A stretch of 26,585 nt of DNA, taken from an uncultured bacterium (GTDB lineage: Bacteria > NPL-UPA2). The notes below the pieces were generated by a model. The model was not told where the DNA came from, ran no database searches, and saw nothing but the letters and a program-made list of their open reading frames with translations. The position numbers were made by a program, and so were the translations under genes. Position 1 is the first letter of the stretch. Each line of letters starts with the position of its first letter. The stretch is from contig CAZVBB010000001.1 of NCBI GenBank assembly GCA_964625285.1, positions 1 through 26,585 of the forward strand. Reading direction: 5' to 3'. Positions 1 to 8,618 of this stretch are shown in pieces.

Positions 1-58
1 GATGGCAGCGGTTGTTCCTACATTACCACTTCCAATAATACTTATTTTCATTTTATGC

Positions 59-511
59 CTATTGACATGGCTCACCACCGCCTGACCTAGCCGGGGCCAG
101 GAGCCGATCCCGTGTGATCGGCTTTCCAAGTGTGCAAGCGAAAAGGAGACGATTGAACAATTGATGACCCCAATATCGCCGATTGAATCGATAACACGCC
201 TCAAAGAGGTACCGCTGAAGATGCTTTGTGGAGACCCCACGGTGAGGCCCTCGCAAGACCGCCTTGACATTGGAGATAAATTTGTGCGTCCACGGAAGCA
301 GATAACCAGCTATTTTGGGGTTCACGAGGATAACACGATGGTGCTCAAGATTCTTATCCTTTGCCACTTTCCCATAGGATTTCCAACCATCCGTTCGAAT
401 CTTCTGAATCAGAGACTCTTTATCTTGTTGGTCGATCCCCAACCAATCCAGCACGCCACCGATCGCTTCTGCAGCGTAAAAAACATAAAAACATAGGGAC
501 ACTTCCCGCAT
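59..511 (-). pseudogene. IS1595-family (ISXO2-like DDE) transposase remnant, C-terminal part only
   Basis: Motifs IRTDGWKSY, H..ISNVKA.LRG.H.GVS.KHLQRYL.E..YRFNRR are typical of IS1595 transposases. The N-terminal Zn-ribbon and first catalytic Asp region are absent. Confidence 0.8.
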
Positions 512-603
512 TATTTTTCCTTTTCTTCTTTTTCTTCTTTGTGTTGATAAATATGGGAAGTGTACCTGTGTTTTATGTCAAGAAAAATAGAACCGTCCCC
601 TTT
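487..603. repeat. Imperfect inverted repeat pair plus AATAGAACCGTCCCC motif
   Basis: AAACATAGGGACACTTCCCGCAT (489-511) pairs imperfectly with ATGGGAAGTGTACCTGTGTTT (553-573). AAAAATAGAACCGTCCCC (583-600) resembles motifs near 25760-25810. Confidence 0.55.
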
Positions 604-605
604 CT

Positions 606-1055
606 CTATATGCTTCTTGCTATCCTTTCGTAATCCTTTCCAACCGGCTTAAAGATAATGCGTCTCTTGTTTTTGCCAGAGACAATTAACTCAATCCGAA
701 AGTACTTATCAGGAAGAGTATCTTCAATTTTCTCTGCCCATTCAATAACGGTCACTCCTTCTCCACAAATGTATTCATCATAGCCAGTTGATTCAATTTC
801 CTTTGCTGTTTGCAATCTAAAAAAATCTACGTGATAAAGAGGAAGCCTGCCGCGGTGCTCTTTAATGATGACAAATGAAGGGCTGCTCACATAATTTTTT
901 TTTATACCAAGGCCCATGGCTATTCCCTGAGTTAGGCAAGTCTTTCCTGCTCCTAACTCTCCAAACAAGACAATGAGGTCACCTTGCCTGAGAGCTTTTC
1001 CTATCCTCTTACCCACTCCCCTTGTCTCAGCAGCGCTTTTTGTTTCAAGTAGCAT
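606..1055 (-). CDS. tsaE: tRNA threonylcarbamoyladenosine biosynthesis ATPase TsaE
   Basis: GELGAGKT P-loop, VSSPSF, LYHVDFFRL and IEWAE motifs; 149 aa. Confidence 0.95.
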   Translation of the reverse strand: MLLETKSAAETRGVGKRIGKALRQGDLIVLFGELGAGKTCLTQGIAMGLGIKKNYVSSPSFVIIKEHRGRLPLYHVDFFRLQTAKEIESTGYDEYICGEGVTVIEWAEKIEDTLPDKYFRIELIVSGKNKRRIIFKPVGKDYERIARSI

Positions 1056-1061
1056 TTTAGA

Positions 1062-1112
1062 AGAGATTTTTGAGAATTTCAGAAATCTCTGAGTATTTTT
1101 TCAGAGACCTCT
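1062..1112. repeat. Double-hairpin intergenic repeat family, copy 1 (fused form)
   Basis: AGAGATTTTTGAGAATTTCAGAAATCTCT-GAGTATTTTTTCAGAGACCTCT matches the copies at 2564, 12541 and 17793. Confidence 0.8.
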
Positions 1113-1122
1113 ATAAAACTCT

Positions 1123-1151
1123 TTGACTTTTGCTTCACCTAAAGGTAGAAT
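1123..1151 (+). promoter_or_regulatory. Sigma70-type promoter of the tRNA pair
   Basis: TTGACT (1123-1128), 17-bp spacer, TAGAAT (1146-1151); tRNA-Leu starts at 1161. Confidence 0.8.
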
Positions 1152-1160
1152 AATCAAAAG

Positions 1161-1244
1161 GCCGGGATGGTGGAACTGGCAGACACGCCAGCTTGAGGGG
1201 CTGGTGGGAGCAATCCTGTAGGGGTTCAAATCCCCTTCCCGGCA
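1161..1244 (+). tRNA. tRNA-Leu(GAG)
   Basis: Acceptor GCCGGGA/TCCCGGC, anticodon arm CCAGC-TTGAGGG-GCTGG, long variable arm, GGTTCAAATCC T-arm; CCA not encoded. Confidence 0.97.
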
Positions 1245-1250
1245 GCAGAG

Positions 1251-1324
1251 GGGCGGTTAGCTCAGTCTGGGAGAGCGCTACCCTTACAAGGTAGATGTCA
1301 CTGGTTCAAACCCAGTACCGCCCA
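1251..1324 (+). tRNA. tRNA-Val(TAC)
   Basis: Acceptor GGGCGGT/ACCGCCC, anticodon arm CTACC-CTTACAA-GGTAG, GGTTCAAAC T-arm; CCA not encoded. Confidence 0.97.
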
Positions 1325-1328
1325 TACA

Positions 1329-1434
1329 AGTGTACCAGTACACCAGTCACCAGAGCACCAGTTTATAAGTTAACAAGTTCACAAGTTTACCGTTCTGGGT
1401 TCTGAATCTTTAAACCTTTGAACTTCTAAACCTT
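1329..1434. repeat. Degenerate 7-8-mer tandem repeat tract
   Basis: CACCAGT, ACAAGTT and AACCTTTG-like units; shares ACCGTTCTGGGTTC with the tract at 5830-5950. Confidence 0.7.
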
Positions 1435-1447
1435 TCCCCTCTTTATT

Positions 1448-1984
1448 TCAAAAAAAGATGCTCCCTCGTATATTTCCCTGAATGATAATTTTTTTAATTT
1501 CTTCTTCTTCAGTGAAGTAGATTGTTATTTTATCCCCATAAAGAATGTTTTTTCCTCGCTGTATCTTTACGCTTCCCTCAAGGACTATGAGCAGTTTTTC
1601 TGGCTCATATAGCATCATGTCGGAATGATGGATAATTATCTCCTCTTCCAGGCTAATTACCCCGTTTCCTTCTTCAATCTCCATCTTTTCAGTTTCCTGC
1701 TCCCACTTTCCTTGCCTGCCTGCAAGCTCAATGAAATGCTCACTTTTCGGGAACAACCTCTTAATTTTGGGTTCTTCTATCACGACAGTTCTGTCCTGCA
1801 AGAGGGTGGCAGAAGCTCCACTTAACTGGAGCACTGGCTCTCCTCCCTCAACTCTCATATGAGAAAATTCTATTACTCTATCTCCAATTCCTTCTCGAAG
1901 AGGTAGCTCATCGCCTTTTGCAAAAAAGAATCCATTCCCTGTGAAAATTACCACCAGCCCCATATAAAGAAGCCGCTTAAACAT
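1448..1984 (-). CDS. LptC/LptA (OstA-like beta-jellyroll) LPS export protein
   Basis: N-terminal hydrophobic segment, IEEPKI and L.GSVKIQRG.N.LYGDKITIY motifs, position right after kdsC. Start moved to ATG 1984 to avoid overlapping kdsC. Confidence 0.6.
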   Translation of the reverse strand: MFKRLLYMGLVVIFTGNGFFFAKGDELPLREGIGDRVIEFSHMRVEGGEPVLQLSGASATLLQDRTVVIEEPKIKRLFPKSEHFIELAGRQGKWEQETEKMEIEEGNGVISLEEEIIIHHSDMMLYEPEKLLIVLEGSVKIQRGKNILYGDKITIYFTEEEEIKKIIIQGNIRGSIFF

Positions 1985-1986
1985 TT

Positions 1987-2535
1987 TCAGCTTTGTCCCA
2001 TTGAACGCATTTCCAATATTTTTTTCCATTTCCCTTGCGATTTAAGTATGAGCTCTATTATCTCACGCACAGCACCTTGCCCACCAGAAAGATGAGTTAC
2101 ATAAGTAGCTTTTTTCTTTACTTCTTTACAGGCATTGGGAACGCTTGCCGCAAACCCTGCCCTTCTCATAATAGATAGGTCAAGAATGTCATCACCAATA
2201 TAAGCTACTTCCATATCATTTAATCCATACTTTTTAAGAAGTTCTTTGTAGGGTTCTTCTTTTTTACTCACTCCCTGATATACATCATCTATACACAACT
2301 CTTGTGCTCTTTTTTCGGTTGCTCTGGAGAAACGACCAGAGATGAGTGCTGTCTTTAGCCCGGCACTTCTGGCAAGCACCATTCCCTCTCCATCAAGAAC
2401 ATTAAAAAATTTAAATTCCTCATTGTTGCTTCCTATAACAATTCTCCCATCAGTAAGCACTCCATCTACGTCCATAACAAGCATTTTTATTTGTCTTGCC
2501 TTATCTATTATTTTTTTCGTCATTCTCTTTCTCAT
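1987..2535 (-). CDS. kdsC: KDO-8-phosphate phosphatase (HAD family)
   Basis: MDVDGVLTDG, FNVLDG, IGDDILD and GGQGAVRE motifs. Confidence 0.93.
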   Translation of the reverse strand: MRKRMTKKIIDKARQIKMLVMDVDGVLTDGRIVIGSNNEEFKFFNVLDGEGMVLARSAGLKTALISGRFSRATEKRAQELCIDDVYQGVSKKEEPYKELLKKYGLNDMEVAYIGDDILDLSIMRRAGFAASVPNACKEVKKKATYVTHLSGGQGAVREIIELILKSQGKWKKILEMRSMGQS

Positions 2536-2563
2536 ACAAGTGCATTAAACGTATTTCGTTTTA

Positions 2564-2660
2564 AGGGGTCTCTGAAAAAATACCCAGAGACCTCAAAAAA
2601 TCTGTGTAATCCATATTTTATCTGTGTAATCAGAGATTTCGGACTTTTTCAGAAATCTCT
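2564..2660. repeat. Double-hairpin repeat family, copy 2 (reverse orientation), overlapping the kdsA 3' end
   Basis: AGGGGTCTCTGAAAAAATACCCAGAGACCTC ... AGAGATTTCGGACTTTTTCAGAAATCTCT, with two ATCTGTGTAATC units between. Confidence 0.8.
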
Positions 2661-3508
2661 TTAACAATTTTATCTATTTCTTTTAATTTCTCCAGAAGTG
2701 GTTTCAATTCATCTGGAGTAAGCATATTTTGCCCATCACAGGGAGCAGTTTTTGGCTCAGGGTGAACTTCAAAAAAAAGTCCATCGCAGCCAGCAGCAAC
2801 TGCTGCGCGGGCAAGAACTTCTGCATATTTCTTTTCTCCTCCTGAAAAATCACCACCACTTCCAGGAAGTTGCGTACTATGGGTAGCATCAAAAATGACC
2901 GGGTAACCCAAGCTTCTCATTATTGGAAGTGAGCGCATGTCAACAATCAGATTGTGGTAACCGAAGGATGTTCCTCTTTCAGTGAGGATAATATTCTCAT
3001 TTCCACCCGACCTTACTTTTTTAATAACATTTTCCATATCTTCGGGAGCGAGAAACTGTCCTTTTTTGATGTTGACTGCCTTACCACAATGTCCAGCCGC
3101 CAGTAACAGAGCTGTCTGGCGGCAGAGAAATGCAGGGATTTGAATCAGATCCAGCGTCTCAGCTGCCAGCTTTACTTCTTCCTGGCAGTGAACATCAGAT
3201 GTAACAGGAACTCCAACCTCTTTCTTTACTCTCGCAAGAATTTTCAACCCATCTTTTATCCCTGGACCCCGAAACGAATCAATTGATGTGCGATTGCCCT
3301 TATCGTAAGATGCCTTAAAAATAAATGGCATTCCAATTTCTTCACTTATCTTTTTTATCCTCTGAGCTATTTCAAGAGAAAGGGCTTCACTTTCAAGAAC
3401 GCAGGGACCAGCAATAAGCACCAGTGGACTTGCGCTTCCGATTGACACACCCCCTACTCTTACTTGCTTCTGCGCAATAAATTCTTGATTATTGATATTT
3501 GGCTTCAT
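2630..3508 (-). CDS. kdsA: KDO-8-phosphate synthase
   Basis: IAGPCVLE, FKASYDKGNRTS, QIPAFLCRQT, KKGQF, ERGTSFGY, DATHS and FFEVHP motifs. Confidence 0.96.
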   Translation of the reverse strand: MKPNINNQEFIAQKQVRVGGVSIGSASPLVLIAGPCVLESEALSLEIAQRIKKISEEIGMPFIFKASYDKGNRTSIDSFRGPGIKDGLKILARVKKEVGVPVTSDVHCQEEVKLAAETLDLIQIPAFLCRQTALLLAAGHCGKAVNIKKGQFLAPEDMENVIKKVRSGGNENIILTERGTSFGYHNLIVDMRSLPIMRSLGYPVIFDATHSTQLPGSGGDFSGGEKKYAEVLARAAVAAGCDGLFFEVHPEPKTAPCDGQNMLTPDELKPLLEKLKEIDKIVKEISEKVRNL

Positions 3509-4463
3509 TGAGTTCTTCTATGGAAACAGTAGCCGTGCCCATTTTCCCCACAACTATCCCGGCAGCAAGATTTGCCAGAGACGCTGCTTCCTGCAAAGTA
3601 GCTCCACAGGAGAGGGTAAGGGCAAGAGTTGCCACAACGGTATCTCCTGCTCCGCAAACATCATAAACCTCTCGAGCAATGGTAGGAATATGGACAATCC
3701 CTCCATTCTTCTCAAGCAGACACATGCCATCTTCCCCTAATGTAACTAACACTGCTTCTTTAACTATCTTACTAAGAATCTGCCGACCCGCATCTTCTAT
3801 TTCTTTTTTTTCTTTGACCTTCATCCCAATAAATATTTCAGTTTCCTGCCTGTTTGGAGTAATAATACTTGCACCCTTATATAATGAAAAATCTCTCCTT
3901 CCAGGGTCAACAATTATTCTTTTCCCCGTTTCAATAATTGTTCTGGAAAGCTCTTGTGTTATTACACCATTGCCGTGATCTCCGACAATGATTACTTCAA
4001 TATCATTGAGATGCTTAAGACAATATGCAGAAATACTCTCCCTGACGGAGCCAGTAACTTCTCGTTTCTTTTCTTTGTCAATTCGCGCTAATTGCTGTTG
4101 CTGGGCAATGATACGGGTTTTTGTTGTTGTTGAATATTCATCAAGAATCATTAATCCCTGTGTGTCAATACCCTTTTCTTTCAGTTTCTTACAGAGAATT
4201 TTTCCATAAAGGTCATCCCCTATTACGCCACTGAGCAGGGCATTTCCTCCGAGCATGCGAATGTTATTAGCAATATTAGCCGCTCCTCCTGGCATAAATG
4301 ATTCTTTTGTCACTTCAACGACGGGGATTGGAGCCTCACGAGAAATACGAGAAACCTCTCCCCAAAGAAATTCATCTACCATAACATCGCCCACTACAAG
4401 GACTTTCCCCTCATGAAAGCGAGAAATTATCTCTCTTTTCCTATGTTCATTAAGAATTTTCAC
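3489..4463 (-). CDS. rfaE1: D-glycero-beta-D-manno-heptose-7-phosphate kinase (RfaE domain I / HldA)
   Basis: VGDVMVDEFLWG..SRISREAPIPV, GGAANIA, TPNR.E and DVCGAGDT motifs. Confidence 0.92.
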   Translation of the reverse strand: MKILNEHRKREIISRFHEGKVLVVGDVMVDEFLWGEVSRISREAPIPVVEVTKESFMPGGAANIANNIRMLGGNALLSGVIGDDLYGKILCKKLKEKGIDTQGLMILDEYSTTTKTRIIAQQQQLARIDKEKKREVTGSVRESISAYCLKHLNDIEVIIVGDHGNGVITQELSRTIIETGKRIIVDPGRRDFSLYKGASIITPNRQETEIFIGMKVKEKKEIEDAGRQILSKIVKEAVLVTLGEDGMCLLEKNGGIVHIPTIAREVYDVCGAGDTVVATLALTLSCGATLQEAASLANLAAGIVVGKMGTATVSIEELNEAKYQ

Positions 4464-4949
4464 TTAAAGAGTTCTCCTATAGCTGGCTCCAATTCTTTCA
4501 AGGAGACTTTGCGTTGAACGCTTATTAACCTCTGAAGCAATCATTACCTCTCCACCGATCTTCTCCATAATCTTTCTTTCTGCTATTTCCTTCCTCCGGT
4601 AATCTCCACCTTTCACTAAAATATGAGGTTCTAACAAGCTAATTAGCTCCTCAGTGGTATCTTCAGGAAATATAATTACATAGTCAACGAAATAAAAAGA
4701 AGAGAGGATTTCTGCTCTCTCTTCCTGAGGGACAACAGGCCTCTTGTTTCCTTTAAGTTTCCTTGTGGAGCTGTCACTATTTACAGCTACAATCAGTATG
4801 TCTCCTTTTCCTTTTGCTTCTCTCAGATAGCGAATATGCCCAATGTGGATAAGATCAAAACATCCATTGGTAAAAACTATTTTTTTTCCGACTTTTTTTT
4901 CATATTTAATAATCCCTGTTAATTCATTTCTGTCAACGACCCTACCCAT
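4464..4949 (-). CDS. rfaE2: D-glycero-beta-D-manno-heptose-1-phosphate adenylyltransferase (RfaE domain II / HldC)
   Basis: FTNGCFDLIHIGH, VAVNSD.S...LKG..RP and LVKGGDY motifs. Confidence 0.93.
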   Translation of the reverse strand: MGRVVDRNELTGIIKYEKKVGKKIVFTNGCFDLIHIGHIRYLREAKGKGDILIVAVNSDSSTRKLKGNKRPVVPQEERAEILSSFYFVDYVIIFPEDTTEELISLLEPHILVKGGDYRRKEIAERKIMEKIGGEVMIASEVNKRSTQSLLERIGASYRRTL

Positions 4950-4951
4950 TT

Positions 4952-5006
4952 AACTCTACCTCTTACTTCTCACTTATAGTTTATAGTTTATAGCGTATAT
5001 AGCTTA
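4952..5006. repeat. Heptamer tract (TTATAGT-like)
   Basis: CTTACTT CTCAC TTATAGT TTATAGT TTATAGC GTATATAGC TTA; overlaps the DUF3108 stop codon. Confidence 0.55.
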
Positions 5007-5777
5007 TGACTTATTACTTACCTCTCTGTTAATCAGCATTATCCACACCAGACCAAGAGCGCCATCCCCTCTGATGAGAAGGGGCAGCCTGTATTTATCA
5101 TCGCTAAACCATATTTGAACCTTGCTTCCTTCCTTAAAAAAGTCTCCTAACCCCACTCCTTCAGGGGTAGACTCAACAACAATTATATTTCTTCTGCGCC
5201 ATTTTCTTCTCTCTAAAGTCTCAAATTTAGCTTCTATGTTATGTTGCCCTGTACTAATATTCACGAAAATTGACTCTCCAACATTAAGTGGCCCTGTCCT
5301 CAGGTAATAAAAGGCGGTAGAGAGTACGTCTCTGGCATCAGGAGCGATAGAAACAGAGCTGAACGTCACATCATTATGAAATCTTTCTGCTACCTCCTGC
5401 TCCCGGTCAAAAATAACGAGCCTGCTTCTTTTCTCATTTCTTATCTCTTCTGTGCTCCTATAAGCAACAGGCAGAAGAGTATTTTTATCAATTAATGATT
5501 CTGATATATTGACCAGCGGGTATAGGAGTGAAATAGGAAAGAAAGTGCGCGAGGTAGTAAGGAGGAAATAGACCTCCTGCTCCTGCCACTTCGTTTTTCC
5601 TGCTTCCATAGTTATGGTCCCCACTGGCACTCCAAAATGAACCCGAAAAGTAAGTTTTTCTCCTACAGGAAATTCCTTCCTCTCCCAGTGCGGTGGTGAG
5701 TAAGCATCATAGGAAAGAGTACCCCCCCCAGAAGCAATGGCAAGGAATACCGCTACTCCAATCATCTTAATTTTCAT
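5004..5777 (-). CDS. DUF3108-like exported protein
   Basis: Signal peptide, GEKL.FRVHFG.PVGT..M, and C-terminal IWFSDDKYRLPLLI typical of DUF3108. Confidence 0.7.
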   Translation of the reverse strand: MKIKMIGVAVFLAIASGGGTLSYDAYSPPHWERKEFPVGEKLTFRVHFGVPVGTITMEAGKTKWQEQEVYFLLTTSRTFFPISLLYPLVNISESLIDKNTLLPVAYRSTEEIRNEKRSRLVIFDREQEVAERFHNDVTFSSVSIAPDARDVLSTAFYYLRTGPLNVGESIFVNISTGQHNIEAKFETLERRKWRRRNIIVVESTPEGVGLGDFFKEGSKVQIWFSDDKYRLPLLIRGDGALGLVWIMLINREVSNKS

Positions 5778-5829
5778 CTAAATCATCCGTATTTTACAAT
5801 CCCTAGTAAAAAGGGATCAAAGTCTCCAA

Positions 5830-5950
5830 TGCACCAGTCCACCGTTCTGGGTTCCGGGTTCACTGTTCTGGGTTCTGGGTTCTGGGTTCTGAACCTTTGA
5901 ACTCCGAACCTCTGAACCCTGAACCCCTAAACCTTTGAACCCTTGAATCC
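5830..5950. repeat. Mirror-image heptamer arms (GGGTTCT)n / (GAACCCT-like)n
   Basis: TTCTGGGTTCCGGGTTC...TTCTGGGTTCTGGGTTCTGGGTTCTG is followed by roughly complementary GAACCTTT/GAACTCC/GAACCCT units. Confidence 0.85.
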
Positions 5951-5987
5951 TTTTCTCACTCTTTACGGATTATATCATTGGCTATTT

Positions 5988-7042
5988 TTATGTCAATAAT
6001 AAGCGCAGCTTTTCAGCTACTTCGGAAACTGTTATTTCTCGGATGCAGGAGATATGGGAACAGTTCTTTTTCCAGCAAGAAAGACAAGGAAGGTCATTCT
6101 TAATAACAATATTTCCCTCTCCATAGGGACCATTTCTAATTGGATCGGTTGGACCATAGAGCCCGATAACCTTTTTCCTTAACGCTGTTGCCAGATGCAA
6201 GGGGCCAGTATCTGAGGCGACCAGTACTTCACACCTCTCAATAAGTGCAATTAATTCCCCTAATGTAGTTGGAGGGGAGACGATTGGAGCTGAATGAGAA
6301 AGGTTTTTAATTTTCTCTGCATCCTTTCTTTCTCCCGGTCCATAAGTGATAATAACGGATACGTCAGTAAAATTTGTCTTAATTTTATCAGTTAGAAGGG
6401 CATATTTTTTTAGTGGCCATCTCTTGGTCAGCCAGGTAGCTCCAGGGTGAAGAATGACTATTTTTCGTCTATTATCTATCTCTTTCTTTAAAAATGCATC
6501 AATATACTTTTTCTCTGCCTCGCCGGTGGTAATTCCAAAAGAAATTTCTCCTATTTCAGCTCCCACCCGCCGTGCAAAGTTGAGATTTTTATCAACAATA
6601 TGAGATGCTCCACCCTCACTTACTTTAAAATTCGTAAAAATGGTGCTCGGCCATTCTACTCTGAAACTGCCTGCCTCAAAACCCAATCTTATTGGAGTCC
6701 GGCTTAGCCAAGCTAATACCCCTCCCCTCATATCTCCCTGTAACTCAAGCAAGAGGTCATATCTATCTGCCTTTAATTTCCTGATAAGCTGAAGAAGATG
6801 TTTAAGCATAGTTGGAATTGGCTCATTTTTTTTGAAGATGATTACTGAGTTTAAGGCTGGATGCCCACTTAATATATCCTCCAGTCCAGCACGAACAAGC
6901 CAGGATATGTGAGCATTAGGAAATCTTTCCCTCAGAGCATTAAGAGTGGGCAGAGCATGAACAACATCACCTAAGGAGCTAAGCTTAATAATGAGGATTC
7001 GCTCATTTTTTTTGTTTTTAAGTATTTCTTCCAGGAATTCAT
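5988..7042 (-). CDS. Glycosyltransferase family 9 (LPS heptosyltransferase, WaaC/WaaF-like), with an apparent frameshift near the 5' end
   Basis: The frame of ORF 5988-6809 stays open upstream through RILIIKLSSLGDVVHALP (about 7001-6951) to a TGA at 7068-7070 without ATG/GTG/TTG. The ATG at 7042 is one base out of frame. C-terminal HPGATWLTKRW and DTGPLHLA.A motifs. Confidence 0.88.
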
Positions 7043-7060
7043 CTCTCCTTTGCTCTTTTA

Positions 7061-7120
7061 CAGGCTGTCACAAAACACGCTCCAGCCTGTAATCAAGGGC
7101 GGCACTTTTGTGACGCCCTA
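7061..7120. mobile_element. 60-bp MITE, copy 1, 7-bp TSD
   Basis: TIRs CAGGCTGTCACAAAA / TTTTGTGACGCCCTA (12/15). Flanked by TCTTTTA at 7054-7060 and 7121-7127. Near-identical copy at 16940-17000. Confidence 0.85.
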
Positions 7121-7603
7121 TCTTTTAGCCTTGAATTTTTTCTTTGAAGTGGGGATAAATTTTCTTTTTAATGTTCCCCCAAACTCCTCTGCCCTTCTAA
7201 TGTCTCCTTCATCAGGTTTTCCTTTGTTAATTCCCCCGATGAGTTTTAATGGTCCATTTGTATCAAATCCTTTACAGAAGAATTCTCCGACAATGTCAAA
7301 TCCCTTTTTTAATAATCTCTTTTTTAGTGACCTGTGCAGGAGCCATTTTACTATTATCCCTGAGGTTGAGAAAATAAATGCTTTTTTGTTCTTTGAGTCA
7401 GGCAATCTATCTACGAGATTTAGGATAGTTCTGTGATGCCTCCAATAATAAATCCCCGAGCCAAAGCCAATCAGATCATATTCCTGAATACTATTCACTT
7501 CCTTTGGCTTTAATAGTTTTGCTCCGAGAGTCCTGGATATTGACACGGCAATCTTTTCGGTGTTGCCATGATGAACCGAAATACATACTACCAATGCTTT
7601 CAT
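7118..7603 (-). CDS. Flavodoxin family protein
   Basis: SVHHGNTEKIA, DLIGFGSGIY, FIFSTSG, GEFFCKGFDT.G and NKG.PDEGD motifs; GGAGG 5 nt before ATG 7603. Confidence 0.85.
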   Translation of the reverse strand: MKALVVCISVHHGNTEKIAVSISRTLGAKLLKPKEVNSIQEYDLIGFGSGIYYWRHHRTILNLVDRLPDSKNKKAFIFSTSGIIVKWLLHRSLKKRLLKKGFDIVGEFFCKGFDTNGPLKLIGGINKGKPDEGDIRRAEEFGGTLKRKFIPTSKKKFKAKR

Positions 7604-7677
7604 TTTCACCTCCAAATTACAAGCTGTCCTCTTTGATCAAAAAAGTCACCGGTGCACCAGTCAATAGGCGGGACATC

Positions 7678-7876
7678 CTTGTCCCGCTCTTTAAAATTAC
7701 AAGCACCAAACCACAAATTACAAACAAGCACCAATGACCAAAATTACAAACAATGGATGAGATTCTTCGGGCTTCGCCCTCAGAATGACAACAAGGTTGT
7801 CAGTTTTGAACATTTGGTGATTTGAATTTGTGATTTGTTTGTGATTTGGAATTTGTATATTGTGATTTTAGCATTG
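7678..7876. repeat. Composite heptamer-arm element, copy 1, with a central GTCATT/AATGAC-family module
   Basis: 7678-7719 is identical (42 bp) to 22034-22075. A/C-rich left arm, T/G-rich right arm. Module 7757-7802 occurs inverted at 22075-22120. Confidence 0.88.
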
Positions 7877-7952
7877 CTCTATGCCCTATGCTCTATGCCC
7901 TCTGCCCCTTGAACCCTTGACCCCTTTCTTATAGAAATTTTTCAAATTCCTG

Positions 7953-8600
7953 CTATAAAATTTTCTCGGCAAGCCCGCGGGCATTCTCCATGCTTATATC
8001 CAGCTCTTCATTGCTTAATCCTGCTCCATAACCTATTTTCTCCATCATTTCAGGAGCTATTAAATCTAATGAAGAATGAGCATCACTACCAATAATAAGC
8101 CCTGTCCTCGCCTCTCTGGTAATTTTTGCAATGTGTCCATTGGTGAGTGAGTGTCCCTTGCGACATGATATTTCCAGAAAAATACCCTTCTCTGCTGCAA
8201 GTCTTGCCTCTTCCAAGCTAATTAATCCGGGATGAGCAAGAATATCTATCTCCGCCTTCAGTGCCATCCTGTTTGTTCCCGAAAGTACTGGTTCAACGAT
8301 CGTCTCGCCATGAACAAGAATCAGCTTTGCTCCTAATTTTCGTGCTCTCTTTGCTGCATCTGCAATTGATTCAGCAGGAATGTAAGTTAACTCTGCTCCG
8401 GGAATTACCTTGATGCGCATAGTTTTATTCAATTCTGCACACACCTTCACAAGTTGAGGAATGACAGTTTCAATATTTGAGATGTCAATGTGGTCAGTGA
8501 TTCCCAGTATTGTATATCCTTTATCTTCAAAACGCCGGGCAAGTTCTGAAGGGGCAAATGCCCCATCGCTCAAAAAAGAATGGCTATGCAAATTAATCAT
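7953..8600 (-). CDS. PHP-domain phosphoesterase (histidinol-phosphatase-like family)
   Basis: NLHSHS..SDG, GITDH, ILAHPG and GSDAH metal-binding motifs. Confidence 0.85.
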   Translation of the reverse strand: MINLHSHSFLSDGAFAPSELARRFEDKGYTILGITDHIDISNIETVIPQLVKVCAELNKTMRIKVIPGAELTYIPAESIADAAKRARKLGAKLILVHGETIVEPVLSGTNRMALKAEIDILAHPGLISLEEARLAAEKGIFLEISCRKGHSLTNGHIAKITREARTGLIIGSDAHSSLDLIAPEMMEKIGYGAGLSNEELDISMENARGLAEKIL

Positions 8601-8618
8601 TATTCCTTATTCCTTCCG

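Noticed and set aside
1161-1447. tRNA pair as an island integration site
   Set aside because: No integrase and no duplicated tRNA 3' end was found in the window.
6821-7014. 14-bp exact repeat GCTCATTTTTTTTG 180 bp apart in the GT9 gene
   Set aside because: Low-complexity and encodes KKNE in both places; no evidence of a duplication or insertion boundary.
7050-7436. 128-aa plus-strand ORF
   Set aside because: Antisense to flavodoxin and runs through the MITE.
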